From Octopus bimaculoides (taxonomy: Eukaryota), in the NCBI RefSeq assembly GCF_001194135.2, contig NC_068983.1:37867532-37931531 (forward strand): a stretch of 64,000 bases of DNA. Direction: 5' to 3'. The notes beneath the pieces are model-generated. The model made no database searches and was not told the origin of the DNA. It worked only from the letters and a program-made list of their open reading frames with translations. Positions within the stretch are counted from its first letter, which is position 1; each line of letters opens with the position of its first letter. Position numbers and translations under genes: made by a program. Below, one piece after another: positions 22,665 through 36,494 of this stretch.

Positions 22665-23107
22665 CTTTTCTACTCTAGGCTCAAGGCCTGAAATTTTTGG
22701 GGAGCGGCGTCAGTTGATTAGATCGACCCAGTACGCAACTGGTACTTAATTTATCGACCCTGAAAGGATGAAAGGCACAGTCGACCTCGGTGGAATTTGA
22801 ACTCAAAATGTAAAAACAGACGAAATGCCACTAAACATTTCACCCTGCGTGCTAACATTTCTGCCAGCTCGCTGTCCTTAGCAGTTATATATTCTTTTTC
22901 TACTCTAGGCACAAGGTTCGAAATTTTCAGGGAGGGACCAGTCGATTAGATTGACCCCAGTACGCAACTAGTACTTAATTTATTGACCCCAAAAGTATGA
23001 AAGGCAAAGTCAGCCTTGGCAGAATTTGAACTCAGAATGTAAAGACAGACAAAATACTACTAAGCATTTTGCCCGGTGTGCTAACGTTTCTGCCAGCTCG
23101 CCGCCCT
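22665..23107 (-). mobile_element. Two head-to-tail SINE-B copies (tail type 2)
   Basis: Copies at 22665-22880 and 22895-23107 in the same orientation. Confidence 0.8.
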
Positions 23108-23349
23108 ACACACACATACATATATCCTTTTATCTATTCTCTTTTATTTATCTCTCATTGGACTGTGGCCATGCCGGGGCACTGCCTTGAAGGGTCTTAA
23201 ACTAATCAACCCCAGTTCTTATGTTTTCTTTAAAGTTTAGTATTTTTTCCCACAAAACACTTTTGCTGACAAACAAACCAACACCGGTTTTCAAGCAATA
23301 CATGGGGGATACACACATAAAGACAAACATGTATANNNNNNNNNNNNNN

Positions 23350-23396
<47 letters not shown>

Positions 23397-23428
23397 TACA
23401 CACACACACACATATATACATACATCCG

Positions 23429-23470
<42 letters not shown>

Positions 23471-24824
23471 ATGGACTTTCAGTTTCTATCCACCAAATCC
23501 ACTTACAAGTCATTGCTCAGTCTGGGGACATAAGTAGAAGACACCCAAGGTGCCACACTGAGAGACTGAACTTGAAACTATGTGGTTGAGAAGCAAACTT
23601 CTTAACCACTCAGCCATGGTTGCACTACATATATATAATAAATAATATATAATATATATTTCGTTTTTGGATTTGGTTTGCAAGATTCTTTATGTGAGTT
23701 CGTGTGTTGAAGGTTATTCTGTTGTGTGTGGAGAGAGTCATTCTCTTTTAGTGCCTAGAAGAATAAAGAAAGAAACGAGTGGGAATTTTACCGGTGAATG
23801 TTTTAAACTATAAGGCACTAAAAGAGAATGACTCTCCCCAGACACAACAGAATATGCTTCAACACACACACACACACACACACACACATGCATATATGGG
23901 TACAGAATGTCACCACCGATGCAAATAGCATGAAATATGTAAACAAACAAGTTAAATACGTAAACAACGAGAAAAAAATGGTAAGCAGTATTTCATATAG
24001 ATATTTTTAGATATTTTTATGTAATTTTGTTAAATGTATCCCTTAAAATGAGATGTCAATGTTATTTTCATTTTTGCATAATTTAGACAGTTTATTCACT
24101 GCACCCTGTATAATCTCCCATATATATATATACCCCCATACATACACACAGTCTTGCCAAAACCATCGACCCACCACCATAGCTGGTGATATTACTTATA
24201 TTACCATTTCACAGAACCAATACTGCCATCACCATTACTATAACCACCTTCATCCACCTCATCATGTTTTCAACAAAACCCCCAGTTCTCCAGTACCATC
24301 ATCATCATCAACACAGTCTTCTACACCATCAGGTCAATATCACCATCACTGCCACCACCACCACCATCACAGCACTATTTTTTTCTACTCTAGGCACAAG
24401 GCCCGAAATTTTGGGGTGGGGAGGCCAGTTGATTAGATCGACCCTAGTATGCAACTGATACTTAATTTTTTGACTCTGAAAGGACAAAAGGCAAAGTCAA
24501 CCCTGGCAGAATTTGAACTCATATATGAAATATTGCTAAGCATTTCACCCGGCGTGCTAACGTTTCTACCAGTTTGCCGCCTCACCATCACAGCATTATT
24601 ACAATATGACAACGATAATGACCACCACCACCACCATGTCTTCAGTGTTACGAGGCACCGACACCACCAAGCGCAACTGATTCTCTACCATCACTGCCAC
24701 TGCCACCACTGTCACTACCACTGTCACCAGCACAGTATGGTAATGAGGTTGCATGTTATTCGTGTTTGTCTTTCCTAAAGGAGAATACTTATTACACACA
24801 GACACACACACATGCACATGTGCA

Positions 24825-24863
<39 letters not shown>

Positions 24864-26444
24864 ACATGTAAATGAAGTGAAGTGAAATAGCAAGGACCAC
24901 AGTATGGTGGTGGTGGTGACGGGTAGAGATGAGTGTGTCTCTGGAAGGGTGGGAGGTGGTGGTATTGAAACCAGGTCATGAACTTGGTTTACAGGAACTT
25001 ACATATTTCTACTCCTGACAATGCCTAGCATCACTGCATCACCACCACCACCACCACCACCACCACAACCACAACCACATTCTACTACTGCTGCTACTGC
25101 TGTGCCAACAGCACAGGCAGGACATATGTGAGTGACACAGGAGAGAACAAATTACATGAAGTTCTACAAACAAGATACATCAAGGACTTTGTTATTTTAT
25201 TTGACATGGGCAAGGGCCGGTAGCTGGCATCATCATCATCATCATCATCAACCTTTGGCTATTAATGTCCGGAGTTCTAGAACTCATTGGGTCAGTTCCC
25301 CAGTTTCCATGGCCTATAAATGACTGAGATCATGCCCCCCCCCCCCACTTCTCCGAACTGGACACCAGTACATTGCAAGGTTACTCATTTACAGCTGCAG
25401 GGACTGGAGCAACATGAAATGAAGTGTTTTGCTTCAAAAACATGCATCACCTGCTCTGGGAATTGAAACAGTAATCTTGCAATTATGAGTGCAATGTCCT
25501 AACCATCAGACCACTGGCCTTCACCCGTTTCCTTAAAATTGCCGGTCTTGTGCCTAATTCAGAAAGCATTATTTTTATAAGGCAGGTTCTTAGTTTATTC
25601 ATATTTTCTTAAAACTAGTTTTACTTACACACATGCTACTACAATACACAGATGTGTGTGTATGTATGTATGTGTGTGTATTTGTATGTGTGTGTGTGTT
25701 TGTATGTGTGTGTGTATCTGTATAGGTTTGTGTGTGTGCATGTATGTTTGTAGAATAAAGGCACACATTATTAAGGTATTAGAAGATGGAGCTATTGACA
25801 TTTAAGTAGACCCTGTCCCCTGCCTTTTTCAATCCTTTATCTCCCTGTATTTGCATTACTGTGGTCTTATTATTGTATAGCTTGTTCCAATTATTTGTTC
25901 CTCTTTATGTTACTCTCTTCAGCTTTAAGTGTGATACAATAAACTTCATGTTATTGTTGTGTGATTGAAAAGGAGGATTAATATAGAAATACTGACATGG
26001 TACTAGTTACAGAATTGATAGAGTACCAAGGTTAACAGGTTTACAGGCCTGACCTGGAGTAGATCAAATTATTGGCAATATTTGCTGTTCATAAATTACA
26101 AGTTCAAATTTATTGTAGTCTTTCATTGTTTTGTAGTAAAACATTGTATTCATTGCCTGCAGCCAAGCCAACAATACTTATGCATTTCTCTCTTCTTAAC
26201 TGAAAGACAAGGCATCTGACCTCTTCATTCATTGCCCATACCTAGGGCAACAATACCTTCATCTCTTTTTTTTACTCTGTTTAAAAACTAGATGCCTTCT
26301 CACAGGTAGATCGACAATACTTTACACCTTTTTCTCTCACAGGTAGATTGACAACACTTTACACCTTTTTCTATTTTCATTGAAATCTAAGAATCTGAAA
26401 TGTTATGGACTTTCTATTCCTCATGACAATTCAACTTATATTAA

Positions 26445-26659
26445 CCCTTTAGCATTTAAACCTACCATATCCAGCCCAAATATTCTATCTTTTTTTTGTT
26501 CAAACCAGCCAGATCCAGCCTCTTACACCTACCCTACAATGTTATTCTAAAAATAAACAGTCACATCATCAAAATTCCAAAGCTAGAAGATGATGAATGA
26601 TTAATTCAATGTGAATGAATAAGCATTATGTTTGACAGACTAATTTGAATGCTGAAGGG
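26445..26659. mobile_element. piggyBac-like MITE
   Basis: TTAA|CCCTTTAGCATT...AATGCTGAAGGG|TCAA. The same termini occur at about 33822 and about 34820. Confidence 0.65.
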
Positions 26660-27370
26660 TCAAACATCCAACAAACTTTTTTTTTAAATAGTTTTTTATT
26701 GATGCACTTTCTTCAAATATTTGACCATTATTCTTATGTATAGTTAACCATCAGACTTCTGGGAGAAAGTTTGGTCATGAAAGTTCCAGCAATTATTTTA
26801 GTTTTGTTATCATCTCTATGCTATTAATGGTGTGGTGTTCCTGTGGTCATTCTACACTCTATGATGCTGCTCATCATTTCAAAACATCTTGGAAACAGTA
26901 AACAGAAAATAATTTTTCTTGCTGTAGTCAACAAAATAATGAAACACCCAATATAGTTATATAGTATGTTTTTAGTTTGTAGTAATGAACTGTATCTACC
27001 AAACCATGCTACCATTGTAGTATGTTCTGCAGTGTGACAACATGACAAGGTTTGTCAAGGCAGCGAACTGGCAGAAGCGTTAGCACATCAGGCAAAATGC
27101 TTAGTGGCATTTCATCTGTGGTTATGCTCTGAGTTCAAATTCTACCAAGGACAATTATACCTTTCATCTCTTCTGAGGTCAATAAAGCAAATACCAGTTG
27201 AACCCTGGAGTCGATGCAATCAACTTACCCCTCCCATGAAATTACTGGCCTTGTGCCAAAATATGAGACCAATGTGATGAGATTTGTCTTTCTCACAAGT
27301 TATAACCACAGAACTCATTATACCAAACCAACACAACACTTGTCAGCTTTACTACATTTCTTGTCTTTAA

Positions 27371-27592
27371 CCCTTTCATTACTGTAGTTATTTTGAGATG
27401 CTCTGTGTTTCGTTCAATTAATTTTAAAGGTAACAAAGAATTTAGGAAAATGACTTAGTTATCATTAAGCTAATGTTAGGAACATAAATTGTGCCTAAGG
27501 TTTGGTGGAAGATTTTAATTCAAAACTTATGAAAACAAGACATTTGTAATCCAGAGCCAGAAGTGGTTTCAGCCGGGTTGGGATCAAAAGGG
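27371..27592. mobile_element. piggyBac-like MITE (second family)
   Basis: TTAA|CCCTTT...AAAAGGG|TTAA. Confidence 0.75.
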
Positions 27593-27623
27593 TTAAGAAT
27601 TGTTTCTCTATTATATATTTTAA

Positions 27624-27841
27624 CACTTTTGCTACCATATCTCTGTTGAGATGCTCTGTGTTTCTTTCAACTAATTTTAAATATAACAATGAATTTAGTA
27701 AAATAACTTAGTTATCATTAAACTAGTGTTAGGAACATAAATTGTGAATAAGGTTTGGTGGAAGATTTTAATTCAAAACTTATGAAAACAAAACATTTGT
27801 CTGAGCCAGAGCTGGTTTCAGCCGGGTTGGTAATGAGAGGG
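27624..27841. mobile_element. piggyBac-like MITE, diverged sister of 27371-27592
   Basis: TTAA|CACTTT...GAGAGGG|TTAA with a colinear internal sequence. Confidence 0.75.
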
Positions 27842-27871
27842 TTAAGGCTGCATATTATTCCCATATTTCAG

Positions 27872-27952
27872 TACCTATTTACTTTCGTTGGCAACACACA
27901 CCCTGTCAACTTCACCAAATGTGTACCTCTTGCTGATATTTTCTGTAAATCC
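27872..27952 (+). CDS. Candidate exon (81 nt)
   Basis: Acceptor TTCCCATATTTCAG and donor GTAAGC. Open in phase 0 (YLFTFVGNTHPVNFTKCVPLADIFCKS) and in phase 2. Confidence 0.3.
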
Positions 27953-29132
27953 GTAAGCACATATATGTAGTCTTTACTTTTTACATATATATATGGATAT
28001 ACTGTATAGCCTATAGCTTATCAATGAGTGTATATATAATATGATCTTGTCTATTTATCTTAGTTCTAACTATGTCCTGTATAATTGACGCTATCTAATG
28101 TAGCAATGATCGTGTCACTCATAGGAGAAGCACACATTTCTGTAACTGAACCAACCTAAATGTGCTGCCACAACCCCCAAATATACTCTTAGAGCTGGGA
28201 AAGGTTGAGACAAACTGTTAAAAGTTTATACTGAATTGTAAACATCCTCAACTTTGAAACTGAACAATTTGAAGCAAAACTTTTAGAGTTTTTAAATACA
28301 CAGACACACACATGTGCATTCTTACATATACCCATGTTACAAAATAAGAGAGGAAATGAGGAAAAATATAGAAGTCGATTCTCTTGGTTTCTTTTTACTT
28401 AAATTAAAAAAAAAAAAGTTCCTCCTGGTTATTGTAAAAAATTGTTTATATGGTAACATACAAATAAGTCTGGCTATTTAAGTGCAGTTACTGAAAGATC
28501 AGTTACACAACCATCTTAAGGAACTGTCTGACAATAATAGCTGCAGTACTTTTATCTCTTTCACCCACTGACATCAGTGCAAGCTGTCATGGTGTGTTGG
28601 GACTTATCTTGATTCTCACAATGTTAAACAGTTGAGTGTCCTTACCGAAAAAATATGTACCCAATGAAGGATAAGAACATATTAGTGATCTGGTGTTGAA
28701 TGGTGACTTCCATAACCAGTTGGATTATATAAAAGGGTATTGTAGAAAACTTTATCTTCCTGTAACGTACTTAGGGGGAGTCACCTTTGTTGATGACTTA
28801 TTTCTTTGAACTTTTATACTCAAAGGAAAAGTTGAACTGTACAGAGTAAAATAGCAAAGCACTAAGAAATTTTACAGTGTGTTGTTTCCCCTTGATACCC
28901 TGTGGTATAACTCTTCGAAACGCTTAGATTTAGAATGGTGACAGCTGATGAAGGAAATGTTCTCTATGTGGACTGTGTGTTTTCTGTGCTCTGTTTATGT
29001 TCTGTTTCTCATTTTGTCCACGTTTTTTTTGCAATGTCCTGTACCCAGATATGCATCTATATATACATGTTGATGTAGGTATGTACATACATGTACGTAT
29101 ATATGCATATACTCACATATTTGTATTAATAT

Positions 29133-29370
29133 ATATAAACATAATTAAGGGATCAGCAAACATTTGCTTCACCACATACCGAAGTTCAGAAATAGCAGCT
29201 AAAAAAGCTGAGACTCCAACAGATTTTCAGAAATAGCAGCTAAAAAAGTTAAATAAATTCTCCACCGATAATGGTGTTTACATACCGAAGGGCTTGATAA
29301 AAATTATTAATTGTTGATTTATTAATAAATTAATAAATTGATAAACCTTTACCCTTTTAATTTGTAAATA
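29133..29370. repeat. Bipartite repeat X-Y; the second copy at 39489-39712 has X inverted
   Basis: 29133-29224 matches the reverse complement of 39489-39578. 29259-29370 matches 39603-39712 in the same orientation. Confidence 0.8.
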
Positions 29371-31360
29371 TATATATATAGATATATATATATATATATG
29401 GGAGTTTTGAGATTGGGGAAAGATTAGTATCAGTGAGATGAATATACATCGTTCATTTTCCTTATTTTTGCATGGATTAAATGGATGCATTTTATTGAGG
29501 CATTGTTTTACAACCATTTGTTTTTCTTGTCACTAACCTTTGTCTGTTTTTCACGCAAGAGCTCACTTATTTCACACTGCTTCAAAGGCATGAAATGCCC
29601 AGACAATTTGGTGACAAGAGACTCTGATAACACTTCATATTGCACTTTTGTACAAATGACAACACCACACTATTTTTGTACAAGTGACTGAAAATGTAAA
29701 CACTTACATAGACATGTGCACACACACACACACACACACACATATATACGGAAGTCCTCTCTATTTTTGTTTGTTACTATTTCCATCCCTAAGTACCTCT
29801 GACTTCCATCTCTGCCATTGTAACTGTCTCACCCCTCCCCCACTTCACATCATCTCTGTATTTCTCATCTATCTATGGTTTTATTATACTGGTACTCTCC
29901 CCCACTTTTTCTGTACTATCCCTTATCACCTACAGCTCTCTGACCCACTCCCTATTTCCTTCACCCCCCCCCCCTGCAAAGCTGAGAATCACCATTGAGC
30001 ATGTCATCACCTGTGTTCACAATTCACCCTAATTCACCTTTCTCTTTAACTCCAATCATCTGTGTCACTCTCACACTCTCCAGAACTGACATAACCACTC
30101 CACATTTCTGATCCTCTGTTCCTACTCTCTCTTCCCTGACACCTCATCACTACTATCTTTTCTCCTTTTCCAGGTGGGGGTGGGCATGAATCTCCTCTAC
30201 AGCAATACACCTGTAACTACCCCTCTGTCATCTTTTTAGCTTTTCAACAACTACCACAAAGTCATGTCCCTTAATATTGCACTCTCACTCAGTCAAGAGG
30301 TCTTGGATTATGAGTTACTCAGTCATTTCATAAGTGTAGTGTCACAAAACGTATCTAGTCCACTCTGTAAAATGGTTGATGTTATGAAGGCTATCCAGCC
30401 ATAGAAACTATGCTGAAGCTTAACACAGTCCACTAGCTCATCAGATCCTGTTGAACTGTTCGACCCATGCCGTCATGAGAGGTGGACATTAACTGATGAT
30501 AATGGTGGTGGTGGTTGTCTTTCAGTTTCCTGTTATCAAATCCACTCACTTGGCTTTGGGTGGCCTCCAGAGTTATAGTAGAAGACTCTTGCCCAAGGTG
30601 ACACTCAGTGGGGACTGAACACGAGATGACATAGTGAGGAATAGGATAAGAGGAATGGAGAATGAGGATACGCCTGGATCTGGAAGTTGTCCAACAGAAA
30701 GAAAATTTACAAAGAAATAAGGATAGAAATCCAGTGAAAGAGTTGAGAAAAAATTGTGAAGAAATGATGTTGATGTTTTCTTTCTTCTTCTTCTATATGT
30801 TTGAGGTTAATGGTTAGTAGAAGCAATGAGAAAAAAACAAACAGACTTTTTCATGTTTCTTATTCTATGATTTTCAATTTAAATTGTTTCACATATATCT
30901 CCTTAATGCTCTTGGGGAAGATATGAAATCCCTTACTGTCACTTTTTCCTTATTCCATGAACTTCAGTTTTCATGCCAGAGTAAATAAAAGTCATTATTC
31001 TATATTTTTTCCTGAATCCTGAATACAAAAAAACAAAAACAAAACAACAAAAAGACAAACAAAACTGGGCAGAAATTTTTCAGTGTTTTTTTTTTATCTG
31101 TTCTCTGAAAAAAAAAAATGGCAAAACAATTTCACTGTTGCTGTTTTTTAATTCCTCACCAACTTTGAGATAAATTATGTTATTCTTTTCCTATAAATAT
31201 CCATCCTTGAATAACCAACTATTCATACATTTAATAATCAATTTTCTCTATCAAAGCTAGATAAACATGTGGTAGAATGATTGTAATCCTGTTGGCCCTT
31301 TCATGAATATAAGTACCGTTTTTTTTCATAGTATACTTCTAGACACACATATATCTGTTT

Positions 31361-31408
<48 letters not shown>

Positions 31409-32433
31409 TTTCTTTCTCACCTTTCTCTCTTATCTATTTGTATGTATGAGCATGTTAATTTGTGTATATGTGTATATATGTGTATGTTTATGTATCTGTA
31501 GGCGTAGCCATGGCTGTATGGAAAGGAGCTTGCTTTCCAACCACATGGTTCCAGGTTCAACTCCAGTATATATATAGGTGCAGGAGTGGCTGTATGGTAA
31601 GAAGTTTGCCTTCCAAACACATGGTTCTAGGTTCAGTCCCACTGCATGACACTTTGGTTGTTAATAATATAAAAGTGTTATTTTCTCTGGTTATGCTCTA
31701 CTAAGTTTACTGCGATTTCACTCTGCCTTGTCAAGTAACCCTTCATTAACCATTCTATGGGGCCCATTCTGTATATGAACCCACTGCACTTGATGATTTC
31801 TTCATTTCAAAGGGTTTACTCTCTCCGGGAATTTGGAAAGGTTTTTTTCTTTTTTTTTAGTGGTTGGGAAGATTTTATCTCTGGTTGTCTACCTTTAGGG
31901 AACAACAAGATACTTGTATTTACTGAGATATGGACTCATGGGATTGCTCGAAAGATCTTTCTGGGAAGATTTTCTGCTTTATGATTTCTTACTTTAACAT
32001 CCTTGCATTTACAACTGTGTGTGTGTGTGTGTAAGCAATAAAAGACATACATGCACCCCCCCACGTCATCATTCGGTTGTGGAGACATCCAGTTTATTAG
32101 AAATTTTGCTCAAGCATTCACATTTACATGCACATGTACACATATACACAAGCACACACATACATGCACACACGTATACACACACACACACATACACACT
32201 TGCTTAAGAGAAGAACAAATCAGTCAAAGGAAAGCAACAACGTTTTCATGAACCAAGGAAACTCCCAACTCCCAGTGGTTAGTATCCAGGAGAGTATAGC
32301 TTATCTGTTTACATCTAGCACATTAAAGGAACCCCACACTACAAACAAACAGAAGTGCGCAAAGAAAAATATTATTTTATTTATTTTTTATATTTAGTTT
32401 TTCATCTACGACAAGAGACCTTATCCCCAGCTG

Positions 32434-32887
32434 ATCATCATCGTTTAACGTCCGCTTTCCATGCTAGCATGGGTTGGACGATTTGACTGAGGACTGGTGA
32501 AACCGGATGGCAACACCAGGCTCCAGTCTAATTTGGCAGAGTTTCTACAGCTGGATGCCCTTCCTAACGCCAACCACTCAGAGAGTGTAGTGGGTGCTTT
32601 TACGTGTCACCCGCATGAAAACGGCCACGCTCGAAATGGTGTCTTTTATGTGCCACCCGCACAAGCCAGTCCAGGGGCACTGACAACGATCTCTCTCGAA
32701 AATCCTACGGGAGCCAGTCAGGCGGTACTGGCAACGGCCACGCTCAAAATGGTGCATCTCATGTGCCACCCACACAAGAACCAGTCCAGGGGCACTGGCA
32801 ACGATCTTACTTGGCTTGCCGGGTCTTCTCACGCACAGCACATTTCCAAAGGTCTCGGTCAGTAGTTCCAAAGGTCTCGGTCAGTAG
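32434..32887 (-). mobile_element. 5'-truncated RTE-clade LINE (last codons, 3' UTR and (GAT)n tail)
   Basis: The minus frame reads TDRDLWKCAVREKTRQAK*, an RTE-type C-terminal DRxxW motif. The 3' UTR has internal tandem modules, and a 22-bp tandem duplication sits at the 5' junction. Confidence 0.7.
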
Positions 32888-33996
32888 TGATATGGTAAAC
32901 AATTCCTTCGATATATATTCCTGTTGGATTTAGTTCCACTGATGTGTGTGAAAGAGAGGTAATCCTTTCTACTATAGGCACAAGGCCTGAACTTTTGGAG
33001 GAGGGGACTAGTCGATCGACCCCCAAATGGATGAAAGGCAAAGTCAACCTTGGCAGAATTTGAACTCAGAATGGAGCGACAGGTGAAATACTGCTAAGCA
33101 TTTCGTCCAGCATGCTAACGACTCTGCCAGCTCGCCACCTTTGTGAAAGAGAGATAATGAGAATGTGATGGCATAGAATATCTCAAGTCAAACTGTAATT
33201 CAATTGAAGGCCGAACTCAAAATGCTGAACCTTATGAAATGAAATGATAGAGGACTGAGATATGTGGTGTGTTACTGTATTCAAGAAGACCCACCCACCG
33301 TGACAAAATTGGTATCCTAAAACCAAGGTGACACTTAAAAAGGATGGGTGTGGGTGCTGGTGCCATGTAAAAACCACTGGTCCTCGTAAAAAATGCTGGT
33401 GTCATGTAAAAAGCACCCAGTACACTCTGTAAAGTGGTTGGTGTTAAGGGCAACCAGCTGTAGAAACCAAACCAAAACAGATTATGGAACCTGGTGTGGC
33501 CCTTTGCCAGTTCGTCAAGCCGTCCAACCCATGCCAGCATGGAAAATAGATATTAAATGTTGTCGAGGATGATGCCCATCCTAGGATATGCGTATATGAT
33601 AGGTTTAGATATATATTCCATCTATCAAATTCCACCACATGATATTGGTGAACCTGAGGCTCTTATAAAAGACATTTATTGAAGGTGCTGTGTTGTGGTA
33701 TTGAACCCAGAAACATGTGGTTGCCAAGTGGACTTCTTAACTACATGTCCATGCCACTGCTTTGGGTTAAAGGCCAAAATATCTTTCACATGATTTCATT
33801 TTAGAATTGTAAAGTAAAGCTTAACCCTTTAGCATTCAGATTACTGTCAAATGTAATGTTTATTTATTCACATTCATCATCATCATCCATCATTTTGAAT
33901 CCAGGTTTTGTCCCTGTTAACGGGGGGTGGGGTGGGGGGCTGAATCTACCTCAATGTCATAGCAACCGCCCTCATACCATCTCGCCNNNNNNNNNN

Positions 33997-34035
<39 letters not shown>

Positions 34036-35141
34036 TATATGCACACACGCACATATACACATATATATATACATATATACACACATATATATAAGGTACT
34101 CCGAAATGGGTCTTGGGGAGTAGTGTCCCTGCCTTCCTGAGCTAGTTTTCCACCACATTTCGTAAAAATCATGTTAGAGGCCTTGGTCTCGGGACCACTC
34201 ATGTCTAGAAACTGAGGTTGGGGGTAAGCAAGGGCATGCTCCCTGTAGAAAATCCAGCTATGAAAGAACTTCATGATAATAGCAAAGGAGAATGGGCTCC
34301 AGCCAGCCCAAAGGTTAGGGTGGGCTGCACCTACCCACCTGAAAAAGGAGGGTGCAAACCCTCCTCCTGGGTTGCACAAGCATGCCTCATATTGTTTAGA
34401 ATAAATCATGCATTATTTCATAGCTTTGAAATTTCACCGATGTGATTGTTTATTTTGAGAATGACATTGTAGGATAGGTATGAGAGGCTAAGTGGAGATG
34501 CGTGGTTTAGTGGTTAGGGTGTCAGCATCATGATCGTAAGATTGTGGTTTTGATTTCTGGACCGGGCAATGCGTTGTGTTCTTGAGCAAAACACTTCATT
34601 TCACATTGCTCCAGTCCACTCAGCTGGCAAAAATTAGTAACGCTGCGATGGACTGGCGTCCCATCCAGCTGGTGAACACATATGCCATTGAAACTGGGAA
34701 ACCAGGCCTATGAGCCTGGCTAGGCTTTAAAAGGGCGCATTTATTATTTATTTTATGAGAGGCTAAATCTGTCCAGATAAAATATTTGGGCCTGATATGG
34801 CGAGTTTAAATGCTAATGGGTTAATCATAGAGGCTCTAGGTTATTGAGAATTATCTTTCCATTATGTGTTCTCTATGTGATTGTACTTTTCTACTAAAAC
34901 TTCATCATCATCATCATCATTATTTTAACATTAACTTTTCCATGCTTACATTGGTTGGACTGAGTTTATTGTGGCAGATTTTCTATAGCTAGACACCCTT
35001 CTTGTCACCAATCCCTGGCTGTCTTTTATTCCCCATGGCCAGACATGTTTTTGCAGAAATGAACAACACTGCTTGTATGACAGTGACATTCATTTACAAC
35101 AATCACATGATGTCAAGACAAGGAAATACAAACATATGCGT

Positions 35142-35187
<46 letters not shown>

Positions 35188-36099
35188 TCGTTATCAGTCG
35201 TATTGGTTCAAAATAGCATTCTGTACATCATACTTAATGCAGATATACTACTGAAAGCCTGAAAACTGCAGTCTTGTGGAAGCATCTTGTAGTGACATAT
35301 TGTGTTAAAAAACACAGAAGTGTGTCAGTAGTAGACAAAAGTATCCAGCAGTATCTAGCAGAATTGCTAGATACATATTTCTGTTTCGTTGAGTATCATC
35401 AGTAGCAAGCATTCACCAACAACTGCATGCTAAGACAAATTTAGCCTCTACTGATGCAGAAAAATAGTGGCCTGGCTCTCTGTGGATTATGACAAAAAGT
35501 GTTCCAGTTGATATCAATCAAACAGCTTGCTCATGAAATTTAATGTAGAAGTGGTTGAGCACTCCACTGTAGTTCTCAGGGAGATTCAACATGACACAGA
35601 ATGTGACAAGGCTGGCTCTCTGAGTTACAAGTACTACTCATTTTTGCCAGCTGAATGGACTGGAACAACATGAAAGAAAAGTGTCTGGCTCAAGGACACA
35701 ATGCATCCTCAGGAATTGAACTCACTACATTATGATCATGGGTTGAATACCCTAACCACTTAGCCACATACACCTTCTCAGAAAAAGAGCAAAAATCTAA
35801 TTGACCAATCACTGGTGTTGCAGTTAATTTTTAAAATAATGGTTTCAAATTTTGCCTCAAGGGCAGCAATTTTGTGGAGGTGGGAATGAGTTGATTAGAT
35901 CAACCCCAGTATACAACTAGTACTTAACTTAATCCTGAAAGGATGAAAGGCAGAACTCAATGCGTAGCAACAGGCTTTTAAAATAATGTTGTTATTATTA
36001 AGCTTGTGTTTGGAACATAAATTAACATGAAATTTTGATGCAAGTGGTAAGTTTTAATTTAGATCATTTTAAAAAAGCATGTTTTGTATTATAGAACAA

Positions 36100-36494
36100 C
36101 AGTTAAGTCAAATAAGCAAATACAATCATTCATCAACAGATGCTTGCGTAGTATACTTAAAATCAGATGGCCTGAACACATAAGCAATATGGAGCTATGG
36201 CAAAGAATGAATCAAGTTCCGATTAGAGAGCAAATATTTAAGAAAAAGTGGAAGTGGATTGGTAGCACAATTAGAAAGGACACACCAAATGCAGCGAAAA
36301 GCGCTTTACAGTGGAATCCGGATGGATATAGAAAGAGGGGTAGGCCTGAGAACTCGTGGCGTAGATCAACACAAAAGGAACTAGAGAAAGGAGGACATTC
36401 ATGGCAGAGTATAAGTACAAAAGCGAGAAATTATGCAACATGGAATTCAATTATAAGTGGCCTATACTCCACGCTGGAGGGTTAAAGGCAAGAA
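36100..36494 (+). mobile_element. 5'-truncated RTE LINE encoding the ORF2 C-terminus, with a 14-bp TSD
   Basis: QSFINRCLRSILKIRWPEHISNMELW...KWKWIGSTIRK...ALQWNPDGYRKRGRP..SWRR...; TSD GTATTATAGAACAA at 36086-36099 and 36495-36508. Sits inside a piggyBac-like MITE ending AAAAGGG|TTAA at 36541. Confidence 0.9.

Noticed and set aside
28900-28960. CGAAAC ... CTGATGA as a hammerhead ribozyme; also CCGATAA...CCGAAG in repeat Y
   Set aside because: The stems do not close in any topology for the first. The second deviates from the catalytic core in both copies.
29565-29690. Minus-strand segment with a good acceptor and a GTGAGC donor
   Set aside because: Stops in all three minus frames. The plus frame is open but its donor is weak.
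30935-31018. Minus-strand exon candidate with a very strong pyrimidine tract and a GTAAGG donor
   Set aside because: The only long frame hits TGA just before the donor. It could be non-coding, but that is unsupported.
34110-34400. RTE 5' UTR-like segment
   Set aside because: Resemblance only; there is no second copy or adjoining ORF in the window.
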